NCBI GenBank assembly: GCA_963770345.1 | Contig: CAVYPH010000013.1 | Coordinates: 140,280-204,279, forward strand | Direction of reading: 5' to 3' | Length of the DNA: 64,000 bases | Source of the DNA: Bryobacteraceae bacterium | Lineage (GTDB): Bacteria; Acidobacteriota; Terriglobia; Bryobacterales; Bryobacteraceae | Shown here: piece by piece, positions 40,020 through 48,609 of the stretch | Numbering within the stretch: the first letter of the stretch is position 1 | Layout of the letters: each line of letters opens with the position of its first letter | Translations under genes and position numbers: made by a program | The notes under the pieces: model-generated | Told to the model about the DNA's origin: nothing | The model's input: only the letters and a program-made list of their open reading frames with translations | Databases searched by the model: none

Positions 40020-40796
40020 CTAGGTGTTCACACCGGAAGCGAGAAAGCCGCCATCCACGGCGATGCATTGCCCGGTAATGTAGCTGGCCGCGTCGGAAGC
40101 CAGTAGAACCGCCGCGCCAACCAACTCTTCCGTTTGACCGAAACGGCCCATCGGCGTGCGCGTCTTGAATTCCTGTCCGCGCACGGTGCCATCGAGAAGG
40201 GACGCATTCAACTCCGTCCGGAACACGCCGGGCGCGATGGCATTAACGTTGACACCGGCTTTCGCCCATTCCACCCCGAGGCTTCGTGTCAGCGACAGGA
40301 CTCCCGCCTTCGACGCACAATACGCAGCCACTTCGAACAGGCCGACGTAAGAACTCAGAGAGGCGATGTTCACAATCCGGCCACGCTTGTTCGCGGCCAG
40401 AGGCTCATAGAACGATTGGCAGCAGCGCAGCATCCCAGTGAGATTCGTGTCCAGAATATCGTTCCATTCCGATTCCGGCAGATCTTTTGTCGGCGTACGT
40501 TTGGTGCGGCCGGCGGCGTTGAGCAGAATGTCCACCTGACCGAATTCCTTCAACACCGCGTCGCGCAGCGCGTCGATCGATTTACGGTCGGCGACATCCA
40601 CGGTGTGGCTGAGAGTGCGGCGGCCGGTTTCCTTCACCGCCGCGGAGACTTCATTGACGAGATTCTGGCGGCGTCCGGAAGAAACCACGTCGGCGCCTGC
40701 ATTGGCGAGTCCCAGGGAGAGCGCGCGGCCGATACCGGACGTACCCCCAATCACGACGGCAACCCGCCCGGAGAGGTCAGTATAGTTTTTAGTCAT
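40020..40796 (-). CDS. SDR family oxidoreductase (gluconate-5-dehydrogenase/KduD-like)
   Basis: [15 protein letters not shown] (TGxxxGxG), NAAG, YCASKAG (YxxxK) and PGVFRTE. Confidence 0.85.
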   Translation of the reverse strand: MTKNYTDLSGRVAVVIGGTSGIGRALSLGLANAGADVVSSGRRQNLVNEVSAAVKETGRRTLSHTVDVADRKSIDALRDAVLKEFGQVDILLNAAGRTKRTPTKDLPESEWNDILDTNLTGMLRCCQSFYEPLAANKRGRIVNIASLSSYVGLFEVAAYCASKAGVLSLTRSLGVEWAKAGVNVNAIAPGVFRTELNASLLDGTVRGQEFKTRTPMGRFGQTEELVGAAVLLASDAASYITGQCIAVDGGFLASGVNT

Positions 40797-40837
40797 CTGA
40801 ACCAGTTTATTTTATACGAGCTGGTTCGGGGCTGTTC

Positions 40838-41341
40838 TCAGGGCACGATTCGGATCAACGTCACTCGCCGGTCGAGATTTTTTCCGGCGTAATACCCGGC
40901 TACTGCGATCCCTGACGTCACTCCGACGACGACGGCGACAGCCGGGCCCCCTCCGGAGTCCATGCGACCTGCCGTGTAACCGCCGATTCCCAGTCCCGCC
41001 ACGACGCCGATCACTGTTCCCAACGTTCTGCCCCAGGTACCGCTGCTTCGCTGCAGCTTGATCAAGGTGATGGAATTCCGGGGAATTGCCGCGTTTCCTC
41101 TTGCAAATTGCTTCGTCCCGGACGATCCACTGACGTCGACTAAAAGCGTCTCTTCCCTGACCGCGACTGCCTCACCGCGGACTGTGGTCCCTTCGTTGAG
41201 TCCAATTTCCACGTGGTGTCCGCCGATCATCGGAGCAAGTTCCGACCACTTGAGCTCCAGCGGTTTGGATTCGGCCAGCGCGCACGTTTGCACGGCACAC
41301 AAGCTCACAAGCAGAAACAACGCCCCGTACTTAAGTGTCAT
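40838..41341 (-). CDS. Secreted hypothetical protein with C-terminal glycine-zipper segment
   Basis: Signal MTLKYGALFLLVSLCAVQTCALA. The C-terminus is GTVIGVVAGLGIGGYTAG..AVAVVVGVTSGIAVAGYYAG. Confidence 0.5.
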   Translation of the reverse strand: MTLKYGALFLLVSLCAVQTCALAESKPLELKWSELAPMIGGHHVEIGLNEGTTVRGEAVAVREETLLVDVSGSSGTKQFARGNAAIPRNSITLIKLQRSSGTWGRTLGTVIGVVAGLGIGGYTAGRMDSGGGPAVAVVVGVTSGIAVAGYYAGKNLDRRVTLIRIVP

Positions 41342-41425
41342 AGAAATGACTCCTACCGGCTTGGCGGTTCAAGCGCCGCGACAAGCATATACGCTTTGTG
41401 CGCTTCAAACACGCATTCGTGGCAT

Positions 41426-41460
41426 AACTATGCGAAAGACTGGCAGAACTATGCGAAAGA
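41426..41460. repeat. Two 14-nt direct repeats (aactatgcgaaaga) spaced 21 nt start to start, in an intergenic region
   Basis: Copies at 41426-41439 and 41447-41460. They lie between the DegT stop (41466) and the start of the 40838-41341 gene (41341). Confidence 0.4.
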
Positions 41461-41465
41461 TATCG

Positions 41466-42785
41466 CTAGACGAGCAGGTTCGCGTGTTTCTGGATTTTGC
41501 GGATGGCCGTGGCTATGTGATCCATTCCTTCCGAATCGCTCAACAGAATAGTTTGTGTGATCCAGATCGCTTCCTCGCAAAGCTGGTCGTTCATCGGGCA
41601 GTGGTTCCGTTCGTGCCAGGCCTGGAGTTCAGACTCAGAGTAGATATACCGGAAGGCTTTCCCGCCGAGCGTGTTCAGAATCGCCGCGTCTTTGTTCAAC
41701 GGCGTGTAACCGGTGTTGCAGGGAACACCTTCAGCGCTCAGCGCCTGGACGAACTTCGACCTTGGCACATTCGCGAAGTGCTCGCGTTGATAGCGGAACA
41801 TGTACAAGTGATTTGCGTTGCGAGTGCAGCCTTCGTATTGTTTGGCAGGCATGATGCCGGGAATTTCTTTCAGCAGTCCGGTGAGATACTTCGCGTTGCG
41901 TTCCCGGACCTGCATTTGCGCCTCCACGCGCGTGAATTGTTCGGCCAGCAGAGCGGCTTGAAACTCGGTTATTCGCAAATTTGCCCCGAGGCCCGAATAT
42001 TGAAATGCACCGCGTGGGTAGACGCCTCCGTTGTTATGGAAACCGCGGCATCGGTTGATCAAATCCTCGTTGTTGGTGATTACCGCGCCGCCCTCGCCGG
42101 AGTTCAGGTTCTTCGACGCCTGGAAGCTGAAGCAACCGAGGTCGCCGAGCCCACTGACCCGCCGGCCGCGCCACTCCGCGAAGTGCGCCTGGCACGCGTC
42201 CTCGATCACGGGCAATTTGTGCCGGCGCGCGACATCGAGAATCACGTCCATATCCGCAGGCGCCCCGCCGAGATGAACCGGCATGATGCACGCCGTACGC
42301 CGGGTGATGCGCGATTCGATCTTGCGGGCGTCGATCTGGAAAGTATCCGGATCGCTGTCGACGAAAACCGGCAGCGCATGGGTGAGCAGCACGGCATTCA
42401 CAGTTGCCACGAACGTGTATGGCGGAATGAGTACCTCATCTCCGGGTCCGATACCAAGAGCATTCAGCGCTGTGAAGAGGGACGCCGTACCATTCGCGGT
42501 TGCCAGGCAATACTTGGTGCCGATAGCCTGCGCCATGCGCTCCTCGAAGATCCGTGCACGATCGCCGGCTGTTCGATTCCACTTGCCGCCGCGAAGCACC
42601 GACATCCACGCCTGTTCGTCATTCTCTTTTGTGACCGGCCAGGACGGAAACGGCTGCGTCCGGACTTTCGGACCTCCGAGCAGTGCGAGCGTGCCTTCGC
42701 CGGCTTCTTTGGCCGGTGTGGCGGCTGCGGCCGTGACAGCGGATGCGGCCGCGATGAATCCCCTGCGAGTGACGTGGTTCCCCAT
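41466..42785 (-). CDS. DegT/DnrJ/EryC1/StrS family PLP aminotransferase with twin-arginine signal
   Basis: MGNHVTRRGFIAAASAVTAAAATPA is a Tat-like signal. ATANGTASLFTALNALGIGPGDEVLIPPYTFVATVNAV and CFSFQASKNL (PLP Lys region) are present. Confidence 0.8.
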   Translation of the reverse strand: MGNHVTRRGFIAAASAVTAAAATPAKEAGEGTLALLGGPKVRTQPFPSWPVTKENDEQAWMSVLRGGKWNRTAGDRARIFEERMAQAIGTKYCLATANGTASLFTALNALGIGPGDEVLIPPYTFVATVNAVLLTHALPVFVDSDPDTFQIDARKIESRITRRTACIMPVHLGGAPADMDVILDVARRHKLPVIEDACQAHFAEWRGRRVSGLGDLGCFSFQASKNLNSGEGGAVITNNEDLINRCRGFHNNGGVYPRGAFQYSGLGANLRITEFQAALLAEQFTRVEAQMQVRERNAKYLTGLLKEIPGIMPAKQYEGCTRNANHLYMFRYQREHFANVPRSKFVQALSAEGVPCNTGYTPLNKDAAILNTLGGKAFRYIYSESELQAWHERNHCPMNDQLCEEAIWITQTILLSDSEGMDHIATAIRKIQKHANLLV

Positions 42786-42857
42786 GGCTGGAATGTTACA
42801 CCAATCAGAATATGTTTGGAATGGCCCTGGTGGGTAAGATGATATCGGGAAGCCTGG

Positions 42858-43061
42858 ATGTCTACTGCGGTCGAGAAGATTCTAGAGCAAGTCCAACAAC
42901 TCACGCCAACCGAGCGCGAAGAGTTGTTGAACGCTCTAGGAAAGACAGCCTTTCGCCACAGTGTTTACGGCAAGTACGCTGGCGTTCACACCTCCAGTGA
43001 AGAATTCTGCGCGCGGAAAGCGGAAGAGGTTGCCCTGGAAGAACGTAGACGGCCAGCGTGA
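42858..43061 (+). CDS. Addiction-module antitoxin-like small protein
   Basis: MSTAVEKILEQVQQLTPTEREELLNALGK resembles the N-terminal helix of putative addiction-module components. There is a 4-nt GTGA overlap with the PIN gene. Confidence 0.55.
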   Translation: MSTAVEKILEQVQQLTPTEREELLNALGKTAFRHSVYGKYAGVHTSSEEFCARKAEEVALEERRRPA

Positions 43062-43459
43062 TTTACATTCTGGACGCCAGCGCGATGATCGCATACTTGC
43101 GAGCCGAAAATGGCAGCGATCGTGTTCGCGATGTCCTACTCAATTCCAGCAATCAGAATTATGCACATGCCCTAAACCTCTGCGAGGTCTATTACGATTT
43201 CTATCGCTCAGATGGTCCTGAAACTGCGCTGGAGGCAATCCGTGACCTCAGAGTCTGAGGGGTCATTCCGCAAGATGAAATGTCCGCTTCTTTCTGGCAA
43301 TCAGCGGGAACCCTCAAGGCGGTTCGGAAACGAATCTCTCTAGCCGACTGCTTCGGACTTGCGCTCGCGGACAGGCTAGGCGGTACGTTATTGACCGCCG
43401 ATCATCACGAATTCGATTCGTTGGCAGGGAGCGGGCATTCGATTAGGTTCATTAGGTAA
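43058..43459 (+). pseudogene. vapC: PIN-domain toxin VapC with in-frame TGA at 43256-43258
   Basis: MIYILDASAMIAYLRAENG..ALNLCEVYYDF..IRDLRV-TGA-GVIPQDEMSASFWQSAGTLKAVRKRISLADCFGLALADRLGGTLLTADHHEF... The conserved PIN acidic residues lie on both sides of the stop. Confidence 0.75.
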
Positions 43460-43478
43460 GCTGCTGGGGATTCTCCAG

Positions 43479-44087
43479 CTAGGAACCGCCGGAATAGGTA
43501 CGTATCGCGGTCTCGAGTAGGTCCAGCACGTTGAGCTTAGTCGCCCAGTCCTTCATGTAGGCATGATCCAGGCGAGCAAACTGCACGCTGAGGACGCCAA
43601 GGATATCGCTCCATTGCCGGTCGGAGACTTCGCCGCCTTTGCGAAACCAAACCAGCTTTGCAAGGATGGTGTCCTCCGGACTGGAAATTGGAAACTCGAT
43701 GTTCTCCAGACCCGGCATCGCAGAGATGATATAGCGCTTGCGGCTTAGTTCGGATTGGGGGAAACCCTCGGAACTTGCCGGGAAGAAATCGAATTTGAAC
43801 GCCCCTTTCAGGTGAATAGCATTAAAGGGCCGGCCTTGTTTTATCGCTTCGACGGCAGACTGCTCATCCAAATAAAATTCACCCTGCAGAAGCTGGCAGA
43901 ACGACGGCATATCGGCGTTCCGGAAGTCGGCGAGGACATCAATGTCGTTCGTCTGGCGAGGAAGGCCATAACTCCCGCTGGCAACCGAGCCGCCGATTAG
44001 AAATGGGATCTCCAGCCGGTCCAGAACCTCCAGCAGTCGTTCCAGGATGGGCCCAAGAGCGATCAAGGATGTAGTTCCGGGTCCCAA
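43479..44087 (-). CDS. Nucleotidyltransferase-fold protein
   Basis: IPFLIGGSVASGSYGLPRQTNDIDVLADF is a GS..D.D NTase motif. A TTG start at 44087, or a TTG at 44066 giving a TTGA overlap with the upstream gene. Confidence 0.55.
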   Translation of the reverse strand: MGPGTTSLIALGPILERLLEVLDRLEIPFLIGGSVASGSYGLPRQTNDIDVLADFRNADMPSFCQLLQGEFYLDEQSAVEAIKQGRPFNAIHLKGAFKFDFFPASSEGFPQSELSRKRYIISAMPGLENIEFPISSPEDTILAKLVWFRKGGEVSDRQWSDILGVLSVQFARLDHAYMKDWATKLNVLDLLETAIRTYSGGS

Positions 44088-44323
44088 TTATACGCTTTCA
44101 TCATGAGATCCCGCCCCAGGCGGCGAGCCGCAACGCGAAGGAATATCTCCCGTTCGTCAGCCTGCGGGTACATCTCGCGCACGTTCGCTATCTGGAGGGA
44201 TTGTTGAAAGTCGCAGAGTTCGAAGACACGTGCCAAGCGCTGGCCCGGCGTCATCTCGCGATGAAGTTGGATGTAGACTTCGAGAGCTTTGGGATCCGTG
44301 TCGGCGAACCACTCAGTAAACAT
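44063..44323 (-). CDS. Small hypothetical protein, partner of the NTase-fold gene
   Basis: 86-aa ORF MFTEWFADTDPKALEVYIQLHREMTPGQRLARVFELCDF..., overlapping or coupled to the downstream NTase gene. Confidence 0.45.
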   Translation of the reverse strand: MFTEWFADTDPKALEVYIQLHREMTPGQRLARVFELCDFQQSLQIANVREMYPQADEREIFLRVAARRLGRDLMMKAYNWDPELHP

Positions 44324-44325
44324 CG

Positions 44326-44673
44326 CTACGCCAAACCTTTGCCCAGTAAGAAGCCGCCCACGATGATCAAAAGAACAACCCCGGAAATCACCGCGAAGCG
44401 ATAGTCCTTACTGGACGCAAAAACCACGACCATAATCGCGACCCGCAGCACCGGTAACAAAAGCAGCAGTAGCACTCCGACGACAATAAACGCCAGCGGG
44501 TCAAGAGTCATAAGATGGCTGCCGATTTCATTGGCGTGCATCGGCGGGCGCAATACAGCGATACGCCCACTTTGCAGCAGGCTCAACACCAGACCCGCAG
44601 CCATCCACGCGGCTGCCACGAGCGCGCCGTAACGGAGTAGACCGGCTAGAATACGTTCCGCCTGGCCCATCAT
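44326..44673 (-). CDS. DUF1634 domain membrane protein
   Basis: MMGQAERILAGLLRYGALVAAAWMAAGLVL... with three TM helices. ATGA overlap with the TauE gene stop, the usual TauE/DUF1634 pairing. Confidence 0.65.
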   Translation of the reverse strand: MMGQAERILAGLLRYGALVAAAWMAAGLVLSLLQSGRIAVLRPPMHANEIGSHLMTLDPLAFIVVGVLLLLLLPVLRVAIMVVVFASSKDYRFAVISGVVLLIIVGGFLLGKGLA

Positions 44674-45533
44674 GAAAGCATCTCTTTCGCAACTTTCGAC
44701 CCGAAAGCCGTCAGTAACATTTCGGCCGCGAGAATGAGCAACACGCCTATAAACAAATACCGAATTCGGCGGCCCGATATCCGCATCATCAGTTTCGACC
44801 CAAGGAACGCACCGCACATCGAGCCAATGGCGACAGGCCCCGCGATCATCGGCACAATGTCGCCATGAACATAATAGATGCCCGCGCTGGCCGCCGCCGT
44901 AACACCGATCATGAAGTTCGATGTTGCCGACGACACCTTGATCGGAAGCCTGAGCGCGGAATCCATCGCCGGTACCTTCAAAACACCACTTCCGATCCCC
45001 AGTAACGCCGACACGGCACCTGCTCCATACATCAGAATCATTCCAAGCCACACGCGTCCCACCTTGTACGGGACGTCAGGTTTTCCGTCCGGACCCGGAT
45101 AGCTGGAATTGAGGCCGAGCGTCACCGCCACTCGGTCGGGCGAGGCGGGCGCTACGTTCCCGCTGCTAATGATCGACCCTTGACGAAACATCGCGTACGC
45201 TGAGACCAGAAGAATTGCGGCGAATAGAAAATACAGGACCGCCGAAGGGAAGACGCCACTGAGGAACACGCCGGTCAGCGCCCCGAGGGTTGTTCCGATC
45301 TCCAGGAGTATTGCGAGCCGCACATTCGTGAGCCGATTCTCAAGAAAATTCGCTGCACTTCCGCTGGAGCAGGCGATCACCGAGACAAGGCTGGCGCCGA
45401 TGGCGTAATGGATGTTGATCCCGAATAGCAGAGTCAAAGCGGGAACGACAAATATTCCACCGGCCATTCCAAGAATTCCGCCGAACATCCCCGCACCGAG
45501 CGAAATCAGGCAAAGAGAAAGTTCAAAGAGCAT
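44670..45533 (-). CDS. TauE/SafE family sulfite/anion exporter
   Basis: GAGMFGGILGMAGGIFVVPALTLLFG and a second GAGAVSALLGIGSGVLKVPAM repeat. Eight TM helices. Confidence 0.8.
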   Translation of the reverse strand: MLFELSLCLISLGAGMFGGILGMAGGIFVVPALTLLFGINIHYAIGASLVSVIACSSGSAANFLENRLTNVRLAILLEIGTTLGALTGVFLSGVFPSAVLYFLFAAILLVSAYAMFRQGSIISSGNVAPASPDRVAVTLGLNSSYPGPDGKPDVPYKVGRVWLGMILMYGAGAVSALLGIGSGVLKVPAMDSALRLPIKVSSATSNFMIGVTAAASAGIYYVHGDIVPMIAGPVAIGSMCGAFLGSKLMMRISGRRIRYLFIGVLLILAAEMLLTAFGSKVAKEMLS

Positions 45534-45548
45534 CGTGTCCGTGCTCTG

Positions 45549-46049
45549 TCATTCTCCCAGGACAGGTTCAAAGCTCTCTTCAGGACGCGGCCGCAGATTC
45601 TGGTCGCGATTCAAAATTCGTGCACATGTGTTCCATCGCAGAATCGCATCGTCGTTGCCCGGATGCCGCAGCGATTCCGCACGCTCGTACCAATCCATCG
45701 CCTCGCGGAAATTCTGGTATGCATCGAAAGTCGCGCCGGGAATTCCCCGATGTAGCATGGCGCGCGCGGTTCGCTCGGCGATAATACCCGCGTAATATGC
45801 GCGATCGTATTCCTGTTCGAATCGCGGCAGGATGGCGCGAGCGTGCGCCGCGGATCTTCCGGTGCCAATCTGATCGGTGAGAGTCAACAGCAGCATCGCC
45901 AGCGCATGCTGATTATGCGGTTCGATGCGTAAGATATCTTCGCAAATACTCTCGGCCAGCGCGGGCTCGTTCAACAAACGGTACCTCTCCACTTTCTGGA
46001 GCGCCTCGGGGATCGCCTCCCGGGCGATCGGCTTCAACTCGAACATCAT
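45549..46049 (-). CDS. Conserved-looking hypothetical protein, translationally coupled to sdhB
   Basis: 166-aa helical protein (MMFELKPIAREAIPEALQKVERYRLLNEP...). Its start overlaps the sdhB stop by 4 nt. Confidence 0.5.
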   Translation of the reverse strand: MMFELKPIAREAIPEALQKVERYRLLNEPALAESICEDILRIEPHNQHALAMLLLTLTDQIGTGRSAAHARAILPRFEQEYDRAYYAGIIAERTARAMLHRGIPGATFDAYQNFREAMDWYERAESLRHPGNDDAILRWNTCARILNRDQNLRPRPEESFEPVLGE

Positions 46050-46795
46050 GATCCTCCACGGAATGCCCGGAAGAGTCTCTTCAATGGATCGAAAAACTCG
46101 TCCACCACCCGCTCCTTCAACGGGATGATTGCATTATCCGTGATTGTGATGCTCTCCGGACAAACCTTGGTACAGCACTTCGTGATGTTGCAATAACCGA
46201 TTCCGCCGGCGTCCTTCAGATCGCCCAACCGGTTCGCCGTGTCGAGCGGATGCATTTCCAGCGCCGCGGTGTAAACCAGGAATCGCGGGCCGATAAACTC
46301 CTCGTGCAAATGATGCTCGCGTAGCACGTGGCAGACGTCCTGGCAAAGAAAACACTCGATGCACTTGCGGAATTCCTGAACCCGGTCGACGTCTTGCTGG
46401 TCGATGCGCCACGTCCCATCCGGAACGTCCGCGGGGCGCGGTTGGAACGGCTTTATTTTCGCCTTGACGCGATAATTCCAACTCACGTCCGTCACCAGAT
46501 CTTTGAGCACCGGAAATGCCTTCATCGGCTCGATAGTTACCGGTTGATCGAGCGGGAGCGAGTTCAGGCGCGTCATGCACATCAGCTTCGGCATGCCGTT
46601 GATTTCCGCCGAGCACGAGCCGCACTTGCCCGCCTTGCAATTCCACCGCACAGAAAGATCGTTGGCCGCTTCAGCTTGAATCTGATGAACCGCGTCGAGC
46701 ACCACCATGCCTTCGGCGACTTCAGTCGTGAAGTCCTGATATTTCCCCGTCGCGCGGTCGGTGCCGCGCCAGATGCGGAACGTCGCGGTGCTCAT
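46046..46795 (-). CDS. sdhB: Succinate dehydrogenase/fumarate reductase iron-sulfur subunit
   Basis: 2Fe-2S motif CKAGKCGSCSAEINGMPKLMC. CIECFLCQDVC and CNITKCCTKVCP are the 4Fe-4S/3Fe-4S motifs. Confidence 0.9.
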   Translation of the reverse strand: MSTATFRIWRGTDRATGKYQDFTTEVAEGMVVLDAVHQIQAEAANDLSVRWNCKAGKCGSCSAEINGMPKLMCMTRLNSLPLDQPVTIEPMKAFPVLKDLVTDVSWNYRVKAKIKPFQPRPADVPDGTWRIDQQDVDRVQEFRKCIECFLCQDVCHVLREHHLHEEFIGPRFLVYTAALEMHPLDTANRLGDLKDAGGIGYCNITKCCTKVCPESITITDNAIIPLKERVVDEFFDPLKRLFRAFRGGS

Positions 46796-48609
46796 TTCAT
46801 CTCCTCGATTACCTGCTTTAAGTCGTCGCGCACAGGTCTTATGGGTTCGTGCACCACTTGCATCCCGCCACTCGAATCCTTCCGGATGATGATGTTGATC
46901 TTTCCGAATTCAGCTTCTTTAGCCTGGTAGTCGTCGCGGAAATGCGCGCCCCGGCTTTCCTTGCGTTCGATCGCGGCGCGCGTGATGGCCTCCGAAACAG
47001 TGAGCAGATTGCCCAGATCGAGCGCCGTATGCCATCCGCCGTTGTACTCGCGATTACCATACACCGCCACCCGGCTCGCTTGTTCTCCAAGCTTCTCAAT
47101 CTCCACCAATGCGCGTTGCAATTCCTCTTCGCGCCGGACAATGCCCACCAGATCCTGCATCATGTCCTGCAACTCATGTTGCACCTGATAGGGACCCGGA
47201 TCCTTGCCGGCCGCACGCTCGAACGGCGCGAGCGAATGCTTCGCCGCCGCGTCTACTTCGCCTGTATCGACCCGGACCGGGCCATTCTCCTTGGCGAATT
47301 TTGCCGCGTACTCGCCCGCCCGCATGCCAAAAACGAGCAGATCCGACAGCGAATTGCCGCCCAATCGATTTGCCCCATGCAACCCGGCCGCACACTCGCC
47401 GGCGGCAAAGAGTCCGGGAACATTAGTCATCTGAGTGTCGCCATCCACGCGCGCGCCGCCCATCATGTAGTGCGTAGTCGGCCCGATTTCCATCGGTTCC
47501 TGCGTGATGTCGATATCGGCAAGCTGCTTGAACTGGTGATACATGCTCGGCAGCTTCTTCTTGATGTGCTCGACGCTATTTGGAACTTTCGCCTTGATCC
47601 AGGCAATGTCCAGGAACACGCCGCCGTGCGGACTGCCGCGTCCCTCACGCACCTCCCGGACGATGCAGCGGGCCACGTGATCGCGCGTCAGCAACTCCGG
47701 CGGACGCCGCGCGTTCTTGTCGCCGATCACGTACCGCCAAGCCTCGTCCTCGCTGTCCGATGTCTGCGACTTGTAGTTGTCCGGAATATCGTCGAACATG
47801 AACCGTTTGCCGTTCTTGTTCAACAGGATTCCGCCCTCGCCGCGCACCCCCTCGGTCACCAGAATGCCGCGCACGCTGGGCGGCCACACCATACCGGTGG
47901 GATGGAATTGAACAAACTCCATGTCCAGCAGATCCGCGCCTGCATGATAGGCGAGCGAATGTCCGTCGCCCGTATATTCCCAACTGTTGCTGGTGATCTT
48001 ATACGCGCGCCCAATGCCGCCGGTGGCCAACACAACAGCCTTCGCCTCAAACAGAAGAAAGCGGCCCTTTTCGCGCTCATAGCCAAAGGCGCCGGAGATC
48101 CGGCCACTATCCTTCAGCAGCGTGAGCATGGTCGTCTCGGCGTGAAACGTAATACCCCGGTGAACGCCGTGATCCTGTAAGGTGCGGATCATCTCCAAGC
48201 CCGTCCGGTCGCCGACGTGCGCCAGCCGGGGATAGCGGTGGCCGCCAAAATTCCGTTGCAGGATGCGCCCGTCTTTCGTCCGGTCGAACAACGCGCCCCA
48301 GGCTTCCAGCTCGCGAACACGATCCGGCGCTTCCTTCGCATGCAGCTCGGCCATGCGCGGATTGTTGATGTACTGGCCGCCGCGCATCGTGTCGGAAAAA
48401 TGGACCTTCCAGTTATCCCGATCGTCCACGTTGCCCATGGCCGCGGCAACTCCGCCTTCGGCCATCACGGTATGCGCTTTCCCTAGCAGCGATTTACTCA
48501 CCACTCCAACGGAAACGCCGGCGGCGGAAGCTTCAATTGCCGCGCGAAGTCCAGCGCCGCCCATGCCAATCACCAGCACGTCGTAGCGGTGCGTCTGATA
48601 TTCCGCCAT
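46792..48609 (-). CDS. sdhA: Succinate dehydrogenase/fumarate reductase flavoprotein subunit
   Basis: DVLVIGMGGAGLRAAIEA, HTVMAEGG, FVQFHPTG, GLFAAGECA..GLHGANRLGGNSL and ESRGAHFR. Confidence 0.9.
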   Translation of the reverse strand: MAEYQTHRYDVLVIGMGGAGLRAAIEASAAGVSVGVVSKSLLGKAHTVMAEGGVAAAMGNVDDRDNWKVHFSDTMRGGQYINNPRMAELHAKEAPDRVRELEAWGALFDRTKDGRILQRNFGGHRYPRLAHVGDRTGLEMIRTLQDHGVHRGITFHAETTMLTLLKDSGRISGAFGYEREKGRFLLFEAKAVVLATGGIGRAYKITSNSWEYTGDGHSLAYHAGADLLDMEFVQFHPTGMVWPPSVRGILVTEGVRGEGGILLNKNGKRFMFDDIPDNYKSQTSDSEDEAWRYVIGDKNARRPPELLTRDHVARCIVREVREGRGSPHGGVFLDIAWIKAKVPNSVEHIKKKLPSMYHQFKQLADIDITQEPMEIGPTTHYMMGGARVDGDTQMTNVPGLFAAGECAAGLHGANRLGGNSLSDLLVFGMRAGEYAAKFAKENGPVRVDTGEVDAAAKHSLAPFERAAGKDPGPYQVQHELQDMMQDLVGIVRREEELQRALVEIEKLGEQASRVAVYGNREYNGGWHTALDLGNLLTVSEAITRAAIERKESRGAHFRDDYQAKEAEFGKINIIIRKDSSGGMQVVHEPIRPVRDDLKQVIEEMK

